Assembly (NCBI RefSeq): GCF_008065095.1
Contig: NZ_CP042911.1
Span: 3,270,001 to 3,302,000 of the forward strand
Direction: 5' to 3'
From: Gemmata obscuriglobus
GTDB lineage: Bacteria > Planctomycetota > Planctomycetia > Gemmatales > Gemmataceae
Length of the DNA stretch: 32,000 bases
Below, in pieces: positions 1 to 8,965 of this stretch. Made by a program: the position numbers and the translations under genes. The notes below the pieces were generated by a model, which worked only from the letters and a program-made list of their open reading frames with translations, was not told the DNA's origin and made no database searches. How positions within the stretch are numbered: position 1 is the stretch's first letter; each line of letters starts with the position of its first letter.

Positions 1-633
1 CAGCGCGGCCGCCGCTTCGGCTTCCAGTGCCGTGGACATGCCCACGGCGTCGGCCCCGCAAGCGGCGAGCGCGCGGATCTCCGCGGGCGTCTCGTAGCTC
101 GGGCCGGTCAGCGCTGCGTAGAGCCCCGCGAGCAGTTCGCGTCCGCCGGTTCGCTCATGCGCCCCCATGACCTCAATGAGACGCGCGGCGTACGGGCGCA
201 CCGGTCCGTCGCCGGCCGCTAGGCCGCGCCACGCGGCGGGACCGAGGAGCTTGAGGTGCCCTTGAATGGCCATCAGCGAGCCGGGCGCCAGAGCCGGGTT
301 GATGCCGCCGGCCGCGTTCGTGAGGACGAGGCGCCGCGCGCCGAGTTCGGCCGCGGTGCGCACCGTGCCGGTCACGACCTCCCAGGGGTGGCCCTCGTAG
401 AAATGCACCCGGCCTCGGAAGAGCAGAGCCGGCATGCCGCTCCATTCACCGACCGCCAGCGTGCCGCCGTGGCCGTGAACCGACGGCGGAACCAGCCCCG
501 GGACCGCGCCGAACGGCACCGCTGCGCGTTCCACGAACGCGGCGGCGGCGCCGCCCAATCCCGACCCAAGTACGACGGCCGCCCGCGGCGCGAGCGCCGC
601 AGCGGTACGGGCGAACGCGGCGAACGCGACCAT
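1..633 (-). CDS. purine nucleoside phosphorylase (PNP/MTAP family), paralogous copy 1; 3' end runs off the window
   Basis: ATG at 631-633 (complement). Hand translation gives MVAFAAFARTAAALAPRAAVVLGSGLGG...HFYEGHPWEVVTGT...LTNAAGGINP...GPSYETPAEIRALAACGADAVGMST and stays open to position 1. About 95% nt identical, without indels, to the complete PNP gene at 21798-22583. Confidence 0.8.
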   Translation of the reverse strand, partial: MVAFAAFARTAAALAPRAAVVLGSGLGGAAAAFVERAAVPFGAVPGLVPPSVHGHGGTLAVGEWSGMPALLFRGRVHFYEGHPWEVVTGTVRTAAELGARRLVLTNAAGGINPALAPGSLMAIQGHLKLLGPAAWRGLAAGDGPVRPYAARLIEVMGAHERTGGRELLAGLYAALTGPSYETPAEIRALAACGADAVGMSTALEAEAAAAL

Positions 634-1817
634 CAAACGCCCGCCGCCTGGAACAGGGGGGGGCACATCTGCTGCACCTGATCGAAGAGGAACGCCAGGA
701 GCATCAGGTGCGCCAGCACCACCGACAGGTTGTTGTCCCCGTGCCCGAAGTTGTGCTCGAAGTGGTACCCCTGGTTCTTGAGCGTGTTGAACGTCTCGTT
801 CTCGATCCGCCACCGGGCCCGCCCGGCCCGCGCCAGTTGCCGCACGTTGGCCCCGGTGACGGCCATGTCCGTGACCCACGTCCATTCCCGTGGGGTCCCG
901 TCCGGATCGAGTTCCACCAGGTGCACGAAGTTCACCCGCACGTCGTCATTCGACTCGTTCAGCGGCAGATCGGCGATCCACAGGTAGCTGCGGCGGAGCC
1001 CGGTCCGCGGGTCCGCGTTCTCGACGACCTCGAACGCGTGCTGGTCCTGGCGGGCGCACACGTGCGCGAACAGGTGGGCGTGGTCCGCAGCCTTGACACC
1101 CAGGAGGAAATGGCACCTGGCCTTCTGAAGGTCCCGGACGTGGGGTGCATTGCTGCTCCGCGCGTCCTCGACCACGAGAACGGCTAGGTCCGGGTGCTCC
1201 TCGCGGAACCGGCCCAACCACCGCCGGGCCGCGTTCCGCTCGCAGTCGTTCTTGGTCCCCCCGTCGGCCCGCTGGATCGGCTCGGGGGCCAGGGCCAGGA
1301 CCGCGGAGAAGTCCGGATGAACGACCGCGGCCCCGAGCATCTGGTGGTAATACGACACGGCCCCGTTGGCGTGCCGGCGGGTCATGCAATGGGGGCAGTG
1401 GACCTTCTGGGAGCAGAAGTACTCGACCCCGTCCAGGGCCACCACGTAGCACCCGTCCACCCGGTACTCGTCCAAGACGTGAGCCGCCTGCAACCGGGCG
1501 AACACGTCCCGGAACACGGGACGCAGGTGGTCCGGGTCCACGTCGTCGAGGATGGACCGCATCTGGGAGTCGCTGGGCCGGCCCGTGAGGCCGAACACGT
1601 GCCGCAGGTTGTGGTCCAGGGTGCGCCGTTGGAACGCGAGTAGGGACGGGTCCTTGAGGGCGAATAGGGCCAGCCCCGCCATCAGCACGTCGGGCAGCGA
1701 GAACGTGGGCTCGCGGCGTGCGTCCGGGATCGTCTCGAACCGCTCCCGGGCGCACGCGATCAGGGCGTCGGAGTGCAGGTCCTCATATGCACGCGGGGAA
1801 CTGACGGGTATGCTCAT
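633..1817 (-). CDS. DDE transposase (IS4/ISNCY-like), C-terminus apparently truncated and fused to 4 foreign codons
   Basis: ORF 633-1979; likely ATG at 1815-1817 (MSIPVSSPRAYEDLH...). Motifs include VALDGVEYF..CPHC, DCERNAA and RWRIENETFNTLKNQGYHFEHNFGHG, as I recall them from IS4-like DDE transposases. The last codons (AGV-stop) lie in the sequence duplicated at 22583-22595. Confidence 0.7.
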   Translation of the reverse strand: MSIPVSSPRAYEDLHSDALIACARERFETIPDARREPTFSLPDVLMAGLALFALKDPSLLAFQRRTLDHNLRHVFGLTGRPSDSQMRSILDDVDPDHLRPVFRDVFARLQAAHVLDEYRVDGCYVVALDGVEYFCSQKVHCPHCMTRRHANGAVSYYHQMLGAAVVHPDFSAVLALAPEPIQRADGGTKNDCERNAARRWLGRFREEHPDLAVLVVEDARSSNAPHVRDLQKARCHFLLGVKAADHAHLFAHVCARQDQHAFEVVENADPRTGLRRSYLWIADLPLNESNDDVRVNFVHLVELDPDGTPREWTWVTDMAVTGANVRQLARAGRARWRIENETFNTLKNQGYHFEHNFGHGDNNLSVVLAHLMLLAFLFDQVQQMCPPLFQAAGV

Positions 1818-1959
1818 GACCACGCCCCAGCGAGATCCCAGGGCGATACGACAACGGCCGCCTCGGACCGAGCGTACCCCGCTGGGGCCAAAAAGGCTCA
1901 CGAATTCGAGCTTTTCAAGCCGAATCTCGCTCGCCGGGAATTGCTGAACCGTTGGCGTT
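646..1959. mobile_element. IS remnant carrying the DDE transposase, inserted into an older IS5-family element; left end probably truncated
   Basis: The right boundary is inferred from where the IS5-type N-terminal reading frame loses similarity (after ..DIIDAVFYI, about 1960). The left boundary is where homology to 22583-22595 begins (645/646). I could find no terminal inverted repeats. Confidence 0.45.
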
Positions 1960-2115
1960 GATGTAGAAGACGGCATCAATGATATCTTTGATCGGAATCG
2001 TCTGGCGACGCCCGCGACCCGTGTTCGGCGGGAACATCGGCTCCAGGAGCGTCCATTGATCGGCCGTTAGATCACTGCTATACGACTTGCGAGCTGATGT
2101 ATTCGTGCCAAACAT
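1960..2115 (-). pseudogene. IS5-family transposase N-terminal fragment (DUF4096-type), interrupted
   Basis: MFGTNTSARKSYSSDLTADQWTLLEPMFPPNTGRGRRQTIPIKDIIDAVFYI matches the recalled pattern SDLTDEQW.L.EPL.PP...GRPR....R.I.NAI.Y.LRTGCQWR. Similarity stops at about 1960. Confidence 0.6.
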
Positions 2116-2178
2116 GAATGCTCCCTAAGTCCCTGATTTCCAGCACTTTAGGAGAATTCGGATTTGCCGTACAGCCTC

Positions 2179-2424
2179 TCAACCTCTCAATCTCTGACTA
2201 GCCCTGGGTGTTGGGGCACGGTATGTTGCCATGCCCCAAAACCCAGCGCGTGACCCAACCGCTTCTGTCGCAGCCGACCGAACTGCGAGATCGCCTCGGG
2301 CGTGGTGTGCCCGCCCATCACCGCCCAAGCACAGGGTCAACAGGCCTACCAGTGGGTGCTGGCGACCGTGACGGCTCCGCGGGTCCGTTAGCAAGGCCAA
2401 TCGCTCGACCAGGGACCGGGACAT
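2179..2424 (-). pseudogene. ISAs1-family (H-repeat/DDE_Tnp_1_assoc) transposase N-terminal fragment with a frameshift
   Basis: MSRSLVERLALLTDPRSRHGRQHPLVGLLTLCL continues in the +1 frame as AVMGGHTTPEAISQFGRLRQKRLGHALGF. This fits the L..L.DPR...G..H.L..IL.L...AVL.G......I..FG signature. No DDE domain follows. Confidence 0.5.
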
Positions 2425-2619
2425 GGGTGCGGCTACTGAAACGATGAGCCGCACCCACACCCACATGCCGCAGCTTACCCAACACCAATCCGTGCACAGC
2501 CTTGGGCAGATACCTCACCGCACTGGACGTTGGTTCCGGCCGCCTGCGGCAGGTGAACCCTTCGGGAACGTTACGTGACTGCTCCGGCTACGACGCGCTG
2601 AACGCCGAAGGGCGGTGAC

Positions 2620-4107
2620 TCACAGCCGCCCGCCGACCGGTTCCACCGCGAACGTAAACGCCTCGCACGACACGACCCCTGGTAGCGGCAATATGGCCCG
2701 GTCGAGACAGGGGCGGTCGTCGATCAGGAACTTCGTGTCCGGCACGCGCACGCTTAACCCCTCGCGCGAGCGATAAATCAGCACGGGCGCGTCAACCGCC
2801 AGCGGAATGTGTGCGTCGGGCTCCGGACCGAGAATGAGTTCGTTCCCCATCAGCAGCACCGCGTCAACCGGGGCCTGCAACCGGTGCCCACTCGTCACTT
2901 CCAGTTTCGCAGACGAACTGACCTCCACCGGCTTGTGGAACAGGAACTGGCAACTCGTGCCGAGGGTCACGCGATCGCCGGGCGCGAGCACCGCCCGTTT
3001 AGTATCTGCGCCGTTGACGCGCAGTGAGCGACCGGACTCGATCACGTAGCCTTCGGCATCGCGGGTGAGTTCGGCGTGGGTACGTGACACCTCTGCGTAG
3101 AGCGGCACGTCCACCGGGCCGTCGGCTGTAGCCTGTCCGAAGGTGACCCGGTTCGACAGGCACACCAGATACCCGCCCACCCCGTCCACCCATAGCAGGA
3201 ACCGCTTCGGTAGCGGGGCACCTGCGCTCGAGGACTCTTCCGCAAGAGCCGTTCCGGCTACACGAGCGATAGGGCGACCGCTCCCAGTTGCTGGCGGATG
3301 TAACGACTCGACCCGTGTAGCTCCTGCCCGGCCCGACGTACTCCGCGCGATCGGCCGCATGGTCGGCAGTTCCGGCACCGGCATCGGAACGGCAACGCTC
3401 ACCGTCTCGGGTGCCGCGGCGGCCCAGGCCCGTCCGCGAACCGCTTTCGCCTCCCGGTGGTCCGGAGCTACGGCCAGCACCTCCGCCGCGAACGTTACGG
3501 CTTCGGCCCATTTTTTCGCGTCGGCCGCGTCCATGAGGCGTGAGACCGCGTCACGGAACTGCACGTGCCGCGCCTCGACCGCGTCTCGGAACCGCTCCAA
3601 CCCGGTCGGTGGACACGGCAGCTTCGGGGCGATGCGGTCCAATTCCGCCAAGGCACGAAGGAACTCGCCGCGGTCCGCCAGTTCAGATGCGTGAACCCAG
3701 TCTTGGGCCGCGACTTCGAGCCGTTCGAGATCGGGGTGCCGCACCCCGCGGTCGCGAATCCGGGTGATCTGGTCGAGCGTGTCGATGGGGCGGCCGGCTT
3801 CGAGCATCGCCTTTGCCTGAACCACTGACAGTTTGGAAAGCGTGTACCGCAAGTCGGTAACCGCTTTTTCCCCGGTGTTGAGCGTCTCGGCAGCTAGCAG
3901 GTCGCGCCACGCCGCATCGGGGTTGTGCTGGTCGAGTGCCTTGGCCGCCCGCGTCAGGTAAGACCGCACGACTTCGCGGGCGAGCCGAACCACCTTGCGG
4001 TGCCCGTCGGCGAGATGGGGTTCGAGCAACCGGTGCGCGTCTTCAGGGCGGCCGGCACCGACCGCCTCTTGCGTCTGACGCAGTACCAACCACAGTGACG
4101 CGGGCAT
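2620..4107 (-). CDS. FHA domain-containing protein with N-terminal helical region
   Basis: The C-terminal half has an FHA-like segment (VTFGQATADGPVDVPLYAEVSRTHAELTRDAEGYVIESGRSLRVNGADTKRAVLAPGDRVTLG). I chose the start at ATG 4105-4107 (MPASLWLVLRQ...) because third-position GC drops upstream. In-frame alternatives exist at 4419 (strong SD) and 4848. Confidence 0.7.
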   Translation of the reverse strand: MPASLWLVLRQTQEAVGAGRPEDAHRLLEPHLADGHRKVVRLAREVVRSYLTRAAKALDQHNPDAAWRDLLAAETLNTGEKAVTDLRYTLSKLSVVQAKAMLEAGRPIDTLDQITRIRDRGVRHPDLERLEVAAQDWVHASELADRGEFLRALAELDRIAPKLPCPPTGLERFRDAVEARHVQFRDAVSRLMDAADAKKWAEAVTFAAEVLAVAPDHREAKAVRGRAWAAAAPETVSVAVPMPVPELPTMRPIARSTSGRAGATRVESLHPPATGSGRPIARVAGTALAEESSSAGAPLPKRFLLWVDGVGGYLVCLSNRVTFGQATADGPVDVPLYAEVSRTHAELTRDAEGYVIESGRSLRVNGADTKRAVLAPGDRVTLGTSCQFLFHKPVEVSSSAKLEVTSGHRLQAPVDAVLLMGNELILGPEPDAHIPLAVDAPVLIYRSREGLSVRVPDTKFLIDDRPCLDRAILPLPGVVSCEAFTFAVEPVGGRL

Positions 4108-4194
4108 AGGGTGACGGAGTGGGTGGCGGAGACCGTGCGCATAGTGTACCAGATTCGAATCGATTGAAACCGACCAACCTCCGACACAGGTGCG

Positions 4195-4217
4195 GTGCCG
4201 GCGTCGGACGCCGGCAC
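4195..4217. repeat. 23-bp perfect palindrome GTGCCGGCGTC-G-GACGCCGGCAC
   Basis: Read directly: 11-nt arms are exactly complementary around one central base. It lies about 90 bp upstream of the preferred FHA start. Confidence 0.8.
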
Positions 4218-4645
4218 GTTCGCGCCTGCCCGGTTCTCTCTGCCCTGCCTGTCTCCCACCACTGATGCATGTCGGAGTGAGCGGAAACGGCGTGGTGGTG
4301 TGCGATTTTGGCACGCCGCTTCCCGACAGATGGCACGTACCGCCCGGCGCAGTAAAGCCGGCGCGGGAAACTGCTTTTCCGCTCCTTGGCGCCGCCGATC
4401 GCACTCGCGCCTCGGGCATTTTTCCCCCTCCTTTTTCACTCGCTGCACTTCCCGATGTCCGAATCATGCCTTCTGGGGCAGTTGGCAGCGGTGCTCCCGT
4501 CCGACGGTTGGCGTCGCAGGCGCGTGGTAAATATGCCGCAAGAGTCGCCATATCAAGATGTTGCGCCACGATATCTGGGAGCCGTTGGGATCTCGGGCGA
4601 CTCGCCCGACGATTGTAACTGGGGCTCAAAGCAGTGGATTCGTGG

Positions 4646-4722
4646 GTAGCGATCGCCCAGCGAATGGGTAGTCCGATGCCCGTTAACTGCCAGCGAATGT
4701 CCTGTCGGCCACCCAGCGGATC
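4646..4722. repeat. array of about 7 degenerate 11-bp tandem repeats (consensus about CCAGCGAATNN / CCAGTCCGNNT)
   Basis: Phased 11-mers from 4646: gtagcgatcgc / ccagcgaatgg / gtagtccgatg / cccgttaactg / ccagcgaatgt / cctgtcggcca / cccagcggatc. Homologous to the array at 14041-14106. Confidence 0.65.
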
Positions 4723-5075
4723 GCCCACATGCCATAGGAGAGCCCGTTGCACCGCCGGGCCGGTCAAGAACAGTGGGACCGCCCGAGTGGTTCTCGGACG
4801 CGGCTCTTGCGGTAGGCCGGCAAACGGTTGGAATTTCTCGTGCATCAAACTACTGATGGCAGCGCGGGTACACCCGAGTTAGGCCGTGTACCACGATGGG
4901 TGCCACAGGTACGACCGCACTCGTCGCGATCAGCCCTTCAGCCGCTCGACCCATGATTACCGGCACGGCACGTGCATGGGCCACCAACTCACTGTCAGCT
5001 TACGGCGAGTGGTTGTCACCAGAGGGTTCCGGCCGATGTTCCCGGCCGGGACCGATTCGTGCCGCAAAGACCGAG

Positions 5076-6143
5076 ATGATGATGCGAAGAAAGTGGCTTC
5101 TGGTCGCTCTTGCGCTCGCGGGCTGTGGCGCCGCGTACCTCGGCTGGAAGGCGCTCCGACCCAGGCCGTTACCGGAGGGTTTCGCCAGCAGCAACGGCCG
5201 TATTGAGGCGGTCGAGATCGACGTAGCCGCGAAGACCGCTGGTCGGCTCAAAGAGGTACTGGTAAACGAAGGCGATTTTGTCACCGCCGGCCAGGTGCTC
5301 GCCCGGATGGACACCGAGGTGCTCGCGGCGCAACTTCGTGAGGCCGAAGCGGACTCGCGCAAGGCAAAGAGCGCGGTCGACACCGCCAAGAGCACTGTCG
5401 TACAGCGGGAGAGCGAGAAAGCGGCCGGGCTGTCGGTCGTCGCCCAGCGCGAGGCCGAATTCGACGGGGCGAAACGGACCCGCACGCGGGCGGAGGCCAT
5501 GTCTGCCCAGGGCGTCGGTTCGGCCGAAGTGCTCGACGGCGCCCGCGTCCAGTTCTTCAGCTCGGAAGCGGCCGTCAAAGCCGCTCGGGCGAACGTCGCT
5601 GCCGCGGACGCGGCCATCGCCACGGCCCGGTCGCAGGTGATTCAGGCCGAGGCGACGGTGGACGCGGCCAAATCCCGGATCGAGCGGCTTCAGGCGGACA
5701 TCGATGACAGCACGCTTCGCGCCCCGCGCGACGGCCGGGTGCAGTACCGGGTCGCTCAACCCGGTGAGGTGCTCGCGGCCGGCGGCAAGGTGCTGAACAT
5801 GGTCGACCTCGGCGACGTGTACATGACGTTCTTCCTACCGACCGCGGACGCCGGCCGGGCGCGAATGGGGACCGAGGTTCACATCGTTCTCGACGCGGCC
5901 CCGCAGTTCGTTATCCCGGCCCGCGTCTCATACGTCGCGGACGTGGCCCAGTTCACCCCGAAGACGGTCGAGACGGCGCAGGAGCGCCAGAAGCTGATGT
6001 TCCGCATCAAGGCGCGAATCGATCCGGACCTGCTCAAGAAGCACATCAACCGCGTCAAGACCGGGTTGCCGGGGGTAGCCTACGCCCAACTCGATCCCGG
6101 GGCCGAATGGCCCGCGGACATCCGGGTGAGGTTGCCGGAATGA
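5076..6143 (+). CDS. HlyD-family membrane fusion (periplasmic adaptor) protein, YhiI/YbhG-like
   Basis: Start [17 protein letters not shown] (TM/signal anchor), a long coiled-coil, and the C-terminal motif [27 protein letters not shown] typical of the YbhG/YhiI group. Its stop overlaps the next start (ATGA at 6140-6143). Confidence 0.85.
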   Translation: MMMRRKWLLVALALAGCGAAYLGWKALRPRPLPEGFASSNGRIEAVEIDVAAKTAGRLKEVLVNEGDFVTAGQVLARMDTEVLAAQLREAEADSRKAKSAVDTAKSTVVQRESEKAAGLSVVAQREAEFDGAKRTRTRAEAMSAQGVGSAEVLDGARVQFFSSEAAVKAARANVAAADAAIATARSQVIQAEATVDAAKSRIERLQADIDDSTLRAPRDGRVQYRVAQPGEVLAAGGKVLNMVDLGDVYMTFFLPTADAGRARMGTEVHIVLDAAPQFVIPARVSYVADVAQFTPKTVETAQERQKLMFRIKARIDPDLLKKHINRVKTGLPGVAYAQLDPGAEWPADIRVRLPE

Positions 6144-8962
6144 CCAGCCCCCAACCGCAACCGAGCCCGGCGCCGGCGGCCCGGCTAACCGGAGTCAGTT
6201 TGACATACGGCGGGACCCGCGCGCTCGACGCCGTCACCCTGGACCTGCCGGCCGGGCGAACCGTCGGCCTGATCGGCCCCGACGGGGTCGGCAAGTCCAG
6301 CCTGTTGGCGCTGGTTGCCGGCCTGCGCCGAGTTCAGGCGGGGCGCGTGGAGGTGCTCGGCGGCAACATGGCCGACGCCGGGCACCGCGGCCGGGCGTGC
6401 CCCCGGATCGCCTACATGCCGCAGGGGCTGGGCAAGAACCTGTACCCGACCCTGTCGGTGTTCGAGAACGTCGACTTCTTCGGCCGACTGTTCGGCCACG
6501 CCCGCGCGGAGCGCCGCCGCCGCATCACGGAACTGCTGGCGGGGACCGGGCTGATACCGTTCGCCGATCGCCCCGCCGGCAAGCTGTCCGGCGGGATGAA
6601 GCAGAAACTCGGCTTGTGTTGCGCGCTGATTCACGACCCGGACCTGCTCATCCTGGACGAGCCGACGACGGGCGTGGACCCGCTCTCCCGCCGCCAGTTC
6701 TGGGAGCTGATTGACCGCATCCGGGGCGACCGGCCGGGGCTGACCGCGCTGGTGGCGACCGCGTACATGGACGAGGCCGCCCGGTTCGACTGGCTGGTGG
6801 CGATGGACGCCGGCCGGGTGCTCGCCACCGGCACCCCGGCGGAGCTGCTCGCCCGGACCGCGACCCCGTCGCTGGAGGCGGCTTTCGTCGCGCTGCTCCC
6901 GGAGGAGCGACGCCGCAGCCACCGGGAGGTGGTCATCCCGCCGCGGGCCGGTGCGGGCGAAGTGGCCATTGAGGCGGTCGAGCTCACGAAAGCGTTCGGC
7001 GCGTTCGTCGCCGTGGACCGGGTGAACTTCCGGATCGAGCGGGGGGAGATCTTCGGCTTTCTCGGCTCCAACGGGTGCGGCAAGACGACGACCATGAAGG
7101 TCCTGACCGGGCTGCTCCCGGCCAGCGGCGGCACGGCCCGGCTGCTCGGGCGGCCGGTCGACGCTGGCGACATCGAAACCCGCCGGCGGGTCGGCTACAT
7201 GTCGCAGGCCTTCTCGCTGTACAGCGAACTGACGGTGCGGCAGAACCTCGTGCTGCACGCCCGGCTGTTTCAGGTCCCCGGGGACGAGATTCCGGGGCGG
7301 GTCGCCGAGCTGGTCGAGCGGTTCGGCTTGGGTGAAGCCGTTGACGCGCTGCCGGACGCGCTCCCGCTCGGTCAGCGGCAGCGGCTGTCGCTGGCCGTCG
7401 CCCTCGTCCATCGACCCGAGTTGCTGATCCTCGACGAGCCGACTTCCGGCGTCGATCCGATCGCCCGGGACGGGTTCTGGCAGCTCCTGGCCGATCTGTC
7501 GCGCCGGGACCGGGTGACGATTTTCGTTTCCACTCACTTCGTGAACGAGGCGGCCCGGTGCGACCGCATCTCGCTCATGCACGCCGGGCGGGTGCTGGTC
7601 AGCGACACCCCGGCCGGGCTGGTCGCGGTGAGCGGTGCGGCGTCGCTCGAAGACGCCTTCATCGGCTACCTGGAAGAGGCCGCGGCCCAGGCCCCGGGGG
7701 CCGGTAGCACGAACCCGGGGGCGGCTCGCGGTCGGGAACCTGAAGGCCCGCCGGCCCCTCGCCGCGATGGTGCCGTGGCTGCCGGCCCCCGCTCTTTACC
7801 TCCCACTTCCCGCCCATCCTTGAGCGCTGCCCCCTGGTTCAGCGGTCAGCGGATGGTGAGTTACGCCCGCCGCGAGGCGCTCGAACTCCGGCGCGACCCG
7901 GTTCGCGCGGCTACGGCCCTGCTCGGCAGCGTGGCCCTGATGCTCATTATGGGCTACGGGATCAGTATGGATGTCGAGAACCTGCCCTTCGGCGTGCTGG
8001 ACCGCGACCAGACCGCCGCCAGCCGCGACTACGCCCTGAACCTGGCGGGGTCGCGGTACTTCGCCGAGCGGCCCGCGGTGGCCGACTACGACGAGGCGGA
8101 CCGGCGCATGCAGTCGGGCGAACTCAGCGTCGTGATCGAGATCCCGCCCGACTTCGGGCGCGACCTGGAACGGGGCCGGGCCGTGCAGATCGGGGTTTGG
8201 GTGGACGGGGCCATGCCGTCCCGGGGCGAGACCGCCCGCAGCTACGTCCAGGGCGCCCACGCACAGTGGCAGGCCGATGTGGCCCGCCGCCGCCTCGGCG
8301 TGCGCGGCGCGTCCGCCCCCGCCACGATCGAGACGCGGTTCCGGTACAACCCGGACGTGAAGAGCGTCGTGGCGATGGTTCCGGGCGTGATCCCGCTGTT
8401 GTTGCAGCTCATCCCGGCCGTGCTTGTGTCGCTGTCTGTGGTTCGGGAGAAGGAGCTGGGGTCGGTCATCAACTTCTACGCCACCCCGACGACCCGGCTG
8501 GAGTTCCTGCTCGGCAAGCAGCTCCCGTACATCGCCCTGGGGATGCTCAACTTCCTGCTGCTGGCCCTGCTGGCGGTCACGGCGTTCCGGGTGCCGTTCA
8601 CCGGCAGCTTCGCCGCCCTGACCGCCGGTGCGGTGCTCTACGTCGGCTGCGCGACCGCGCTGGGCGCGCTCATCTCCGTGTTCATGCGGAGCCAGGTCGC
8701 GGCCGTCTTCGGCACGGCGGTGCTCACCATCCTGCCCGCCGTTTCGTTCTCCGGGATGATCGACCCGGTGTCGTCCCTGGAGGGCGCCGGGGCGTGGATC
8801 GGCCGCGTCTACCCGACCGCCCACTTCCTGACCATTTCCCGCGGGACGTTCTCCAAGGCCCTCGGGTTCGCCGACCTGACCGCCCCGTTCCTGGCGCTGA
8901 TCGTCGCGTTCCCGGTGCTGATCGGGCTGGCCGCGGCGCTGTTGCGAAAACAGGAGGCCTGA
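6140..8962 (+). CDS. fused ABC protein: two ATPase domains plus a C-terminal ABC-2 permease domain (RbbA/YhiH-like architecture)
   Basis: Two Walker A sites ([18 protein letters not shown]), two signature motifs (LSGGMKQK; a degenerate second one, LPLGQRQR) and two Walker B sites (LLILDEPT twice). A low-complexity linker is followed by about 370 aa with multiple hydrophobic helices. Confidence 0.85.
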   Translation: MTSPQPQPSPAPAARLTGVSLTYGGTRALDAVTLDLPAGRTVGLIGPDGVGKSSLLALVAGLRRVQAGRVEVLGGNMADAGHRGRACPRIAYMPQGLGKNLYPTLSVFENVDFFGRLFGHARAERRRRITELLAGTGLIPFADRPAGKLSGGMKQKLGLCCALIHDPDLLILDEPTTGVDPLSRRQFWELIDRIRGDRPGLTALVATAYMDEAARFDWLVAMDAGRVLATGTPAELLARTATPSLEAAFVALLPEERRRSHREVVIPPRAGAGEVAIEAVELTKAFGAFVAVDRVNFRIERGEIFGFLGSNGCGKTTTMKVLTGLLPASGGTARLLGRPVDAGDIETRRRVGYMSQAFSLYSELTVRQNLVLHARLFQVPGDEIPGRVAELVERFGLGEAVDALPDALPLGQRQRLSLAVALVHRPELLILDEPTSGVDPIARDGFWQLLADLSRRDRVTIFVSTHFVNEAARCDRISLMHAGRVLVSDTPAGLVAVSGAASLEDAFIGYLEEAAAQAPGAGSTNPGAARGREPEGPPAPRRDGAVAAGPRSLPPTSRPSLSAAPWFSGQRMVSYARREALELRRDPVRAATALLGSVALMLIMGYGISMDVENLPFGVLDRDQTAASRDYALNLAGSRYFAERPAVADYDEADRRMQSGELSVVIEIPPDFGRDLERGRAVQIGVWVDGAMPSRGETARSYVQGAHAQWQADVARRRLGVRGASAPATIETRFRYNPDVKSVVAMVPGVIPLLLQLIPAVLVSLSVVREKELGSVINFYATPTTRLEFLLGKQLPYIALGMLNFLLLALLAVTAFRVPFTGSFAALTAGAVLYVGCATALGALISVFMRSQVAAVFGTAVLTILPAVSFSGMIDPVSSLEGAGAWIGRVYPTAHFLTISRGTFSKALGFADLTAPFLALIVAFPVLIGLAAALLRKQEA

Positions 8963-8965
8963 CCG

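Noticed and set aside
2620-4848. Annotating the FHA gene as the full 742-aa ORF.
   Set aside because: The upstream 247 codons have noncoding-like third-position composition, a featureless sequence, and contain an 11-bp repeat array and a palindrome. This is kept as an open question in the findings rather than as the feature call.
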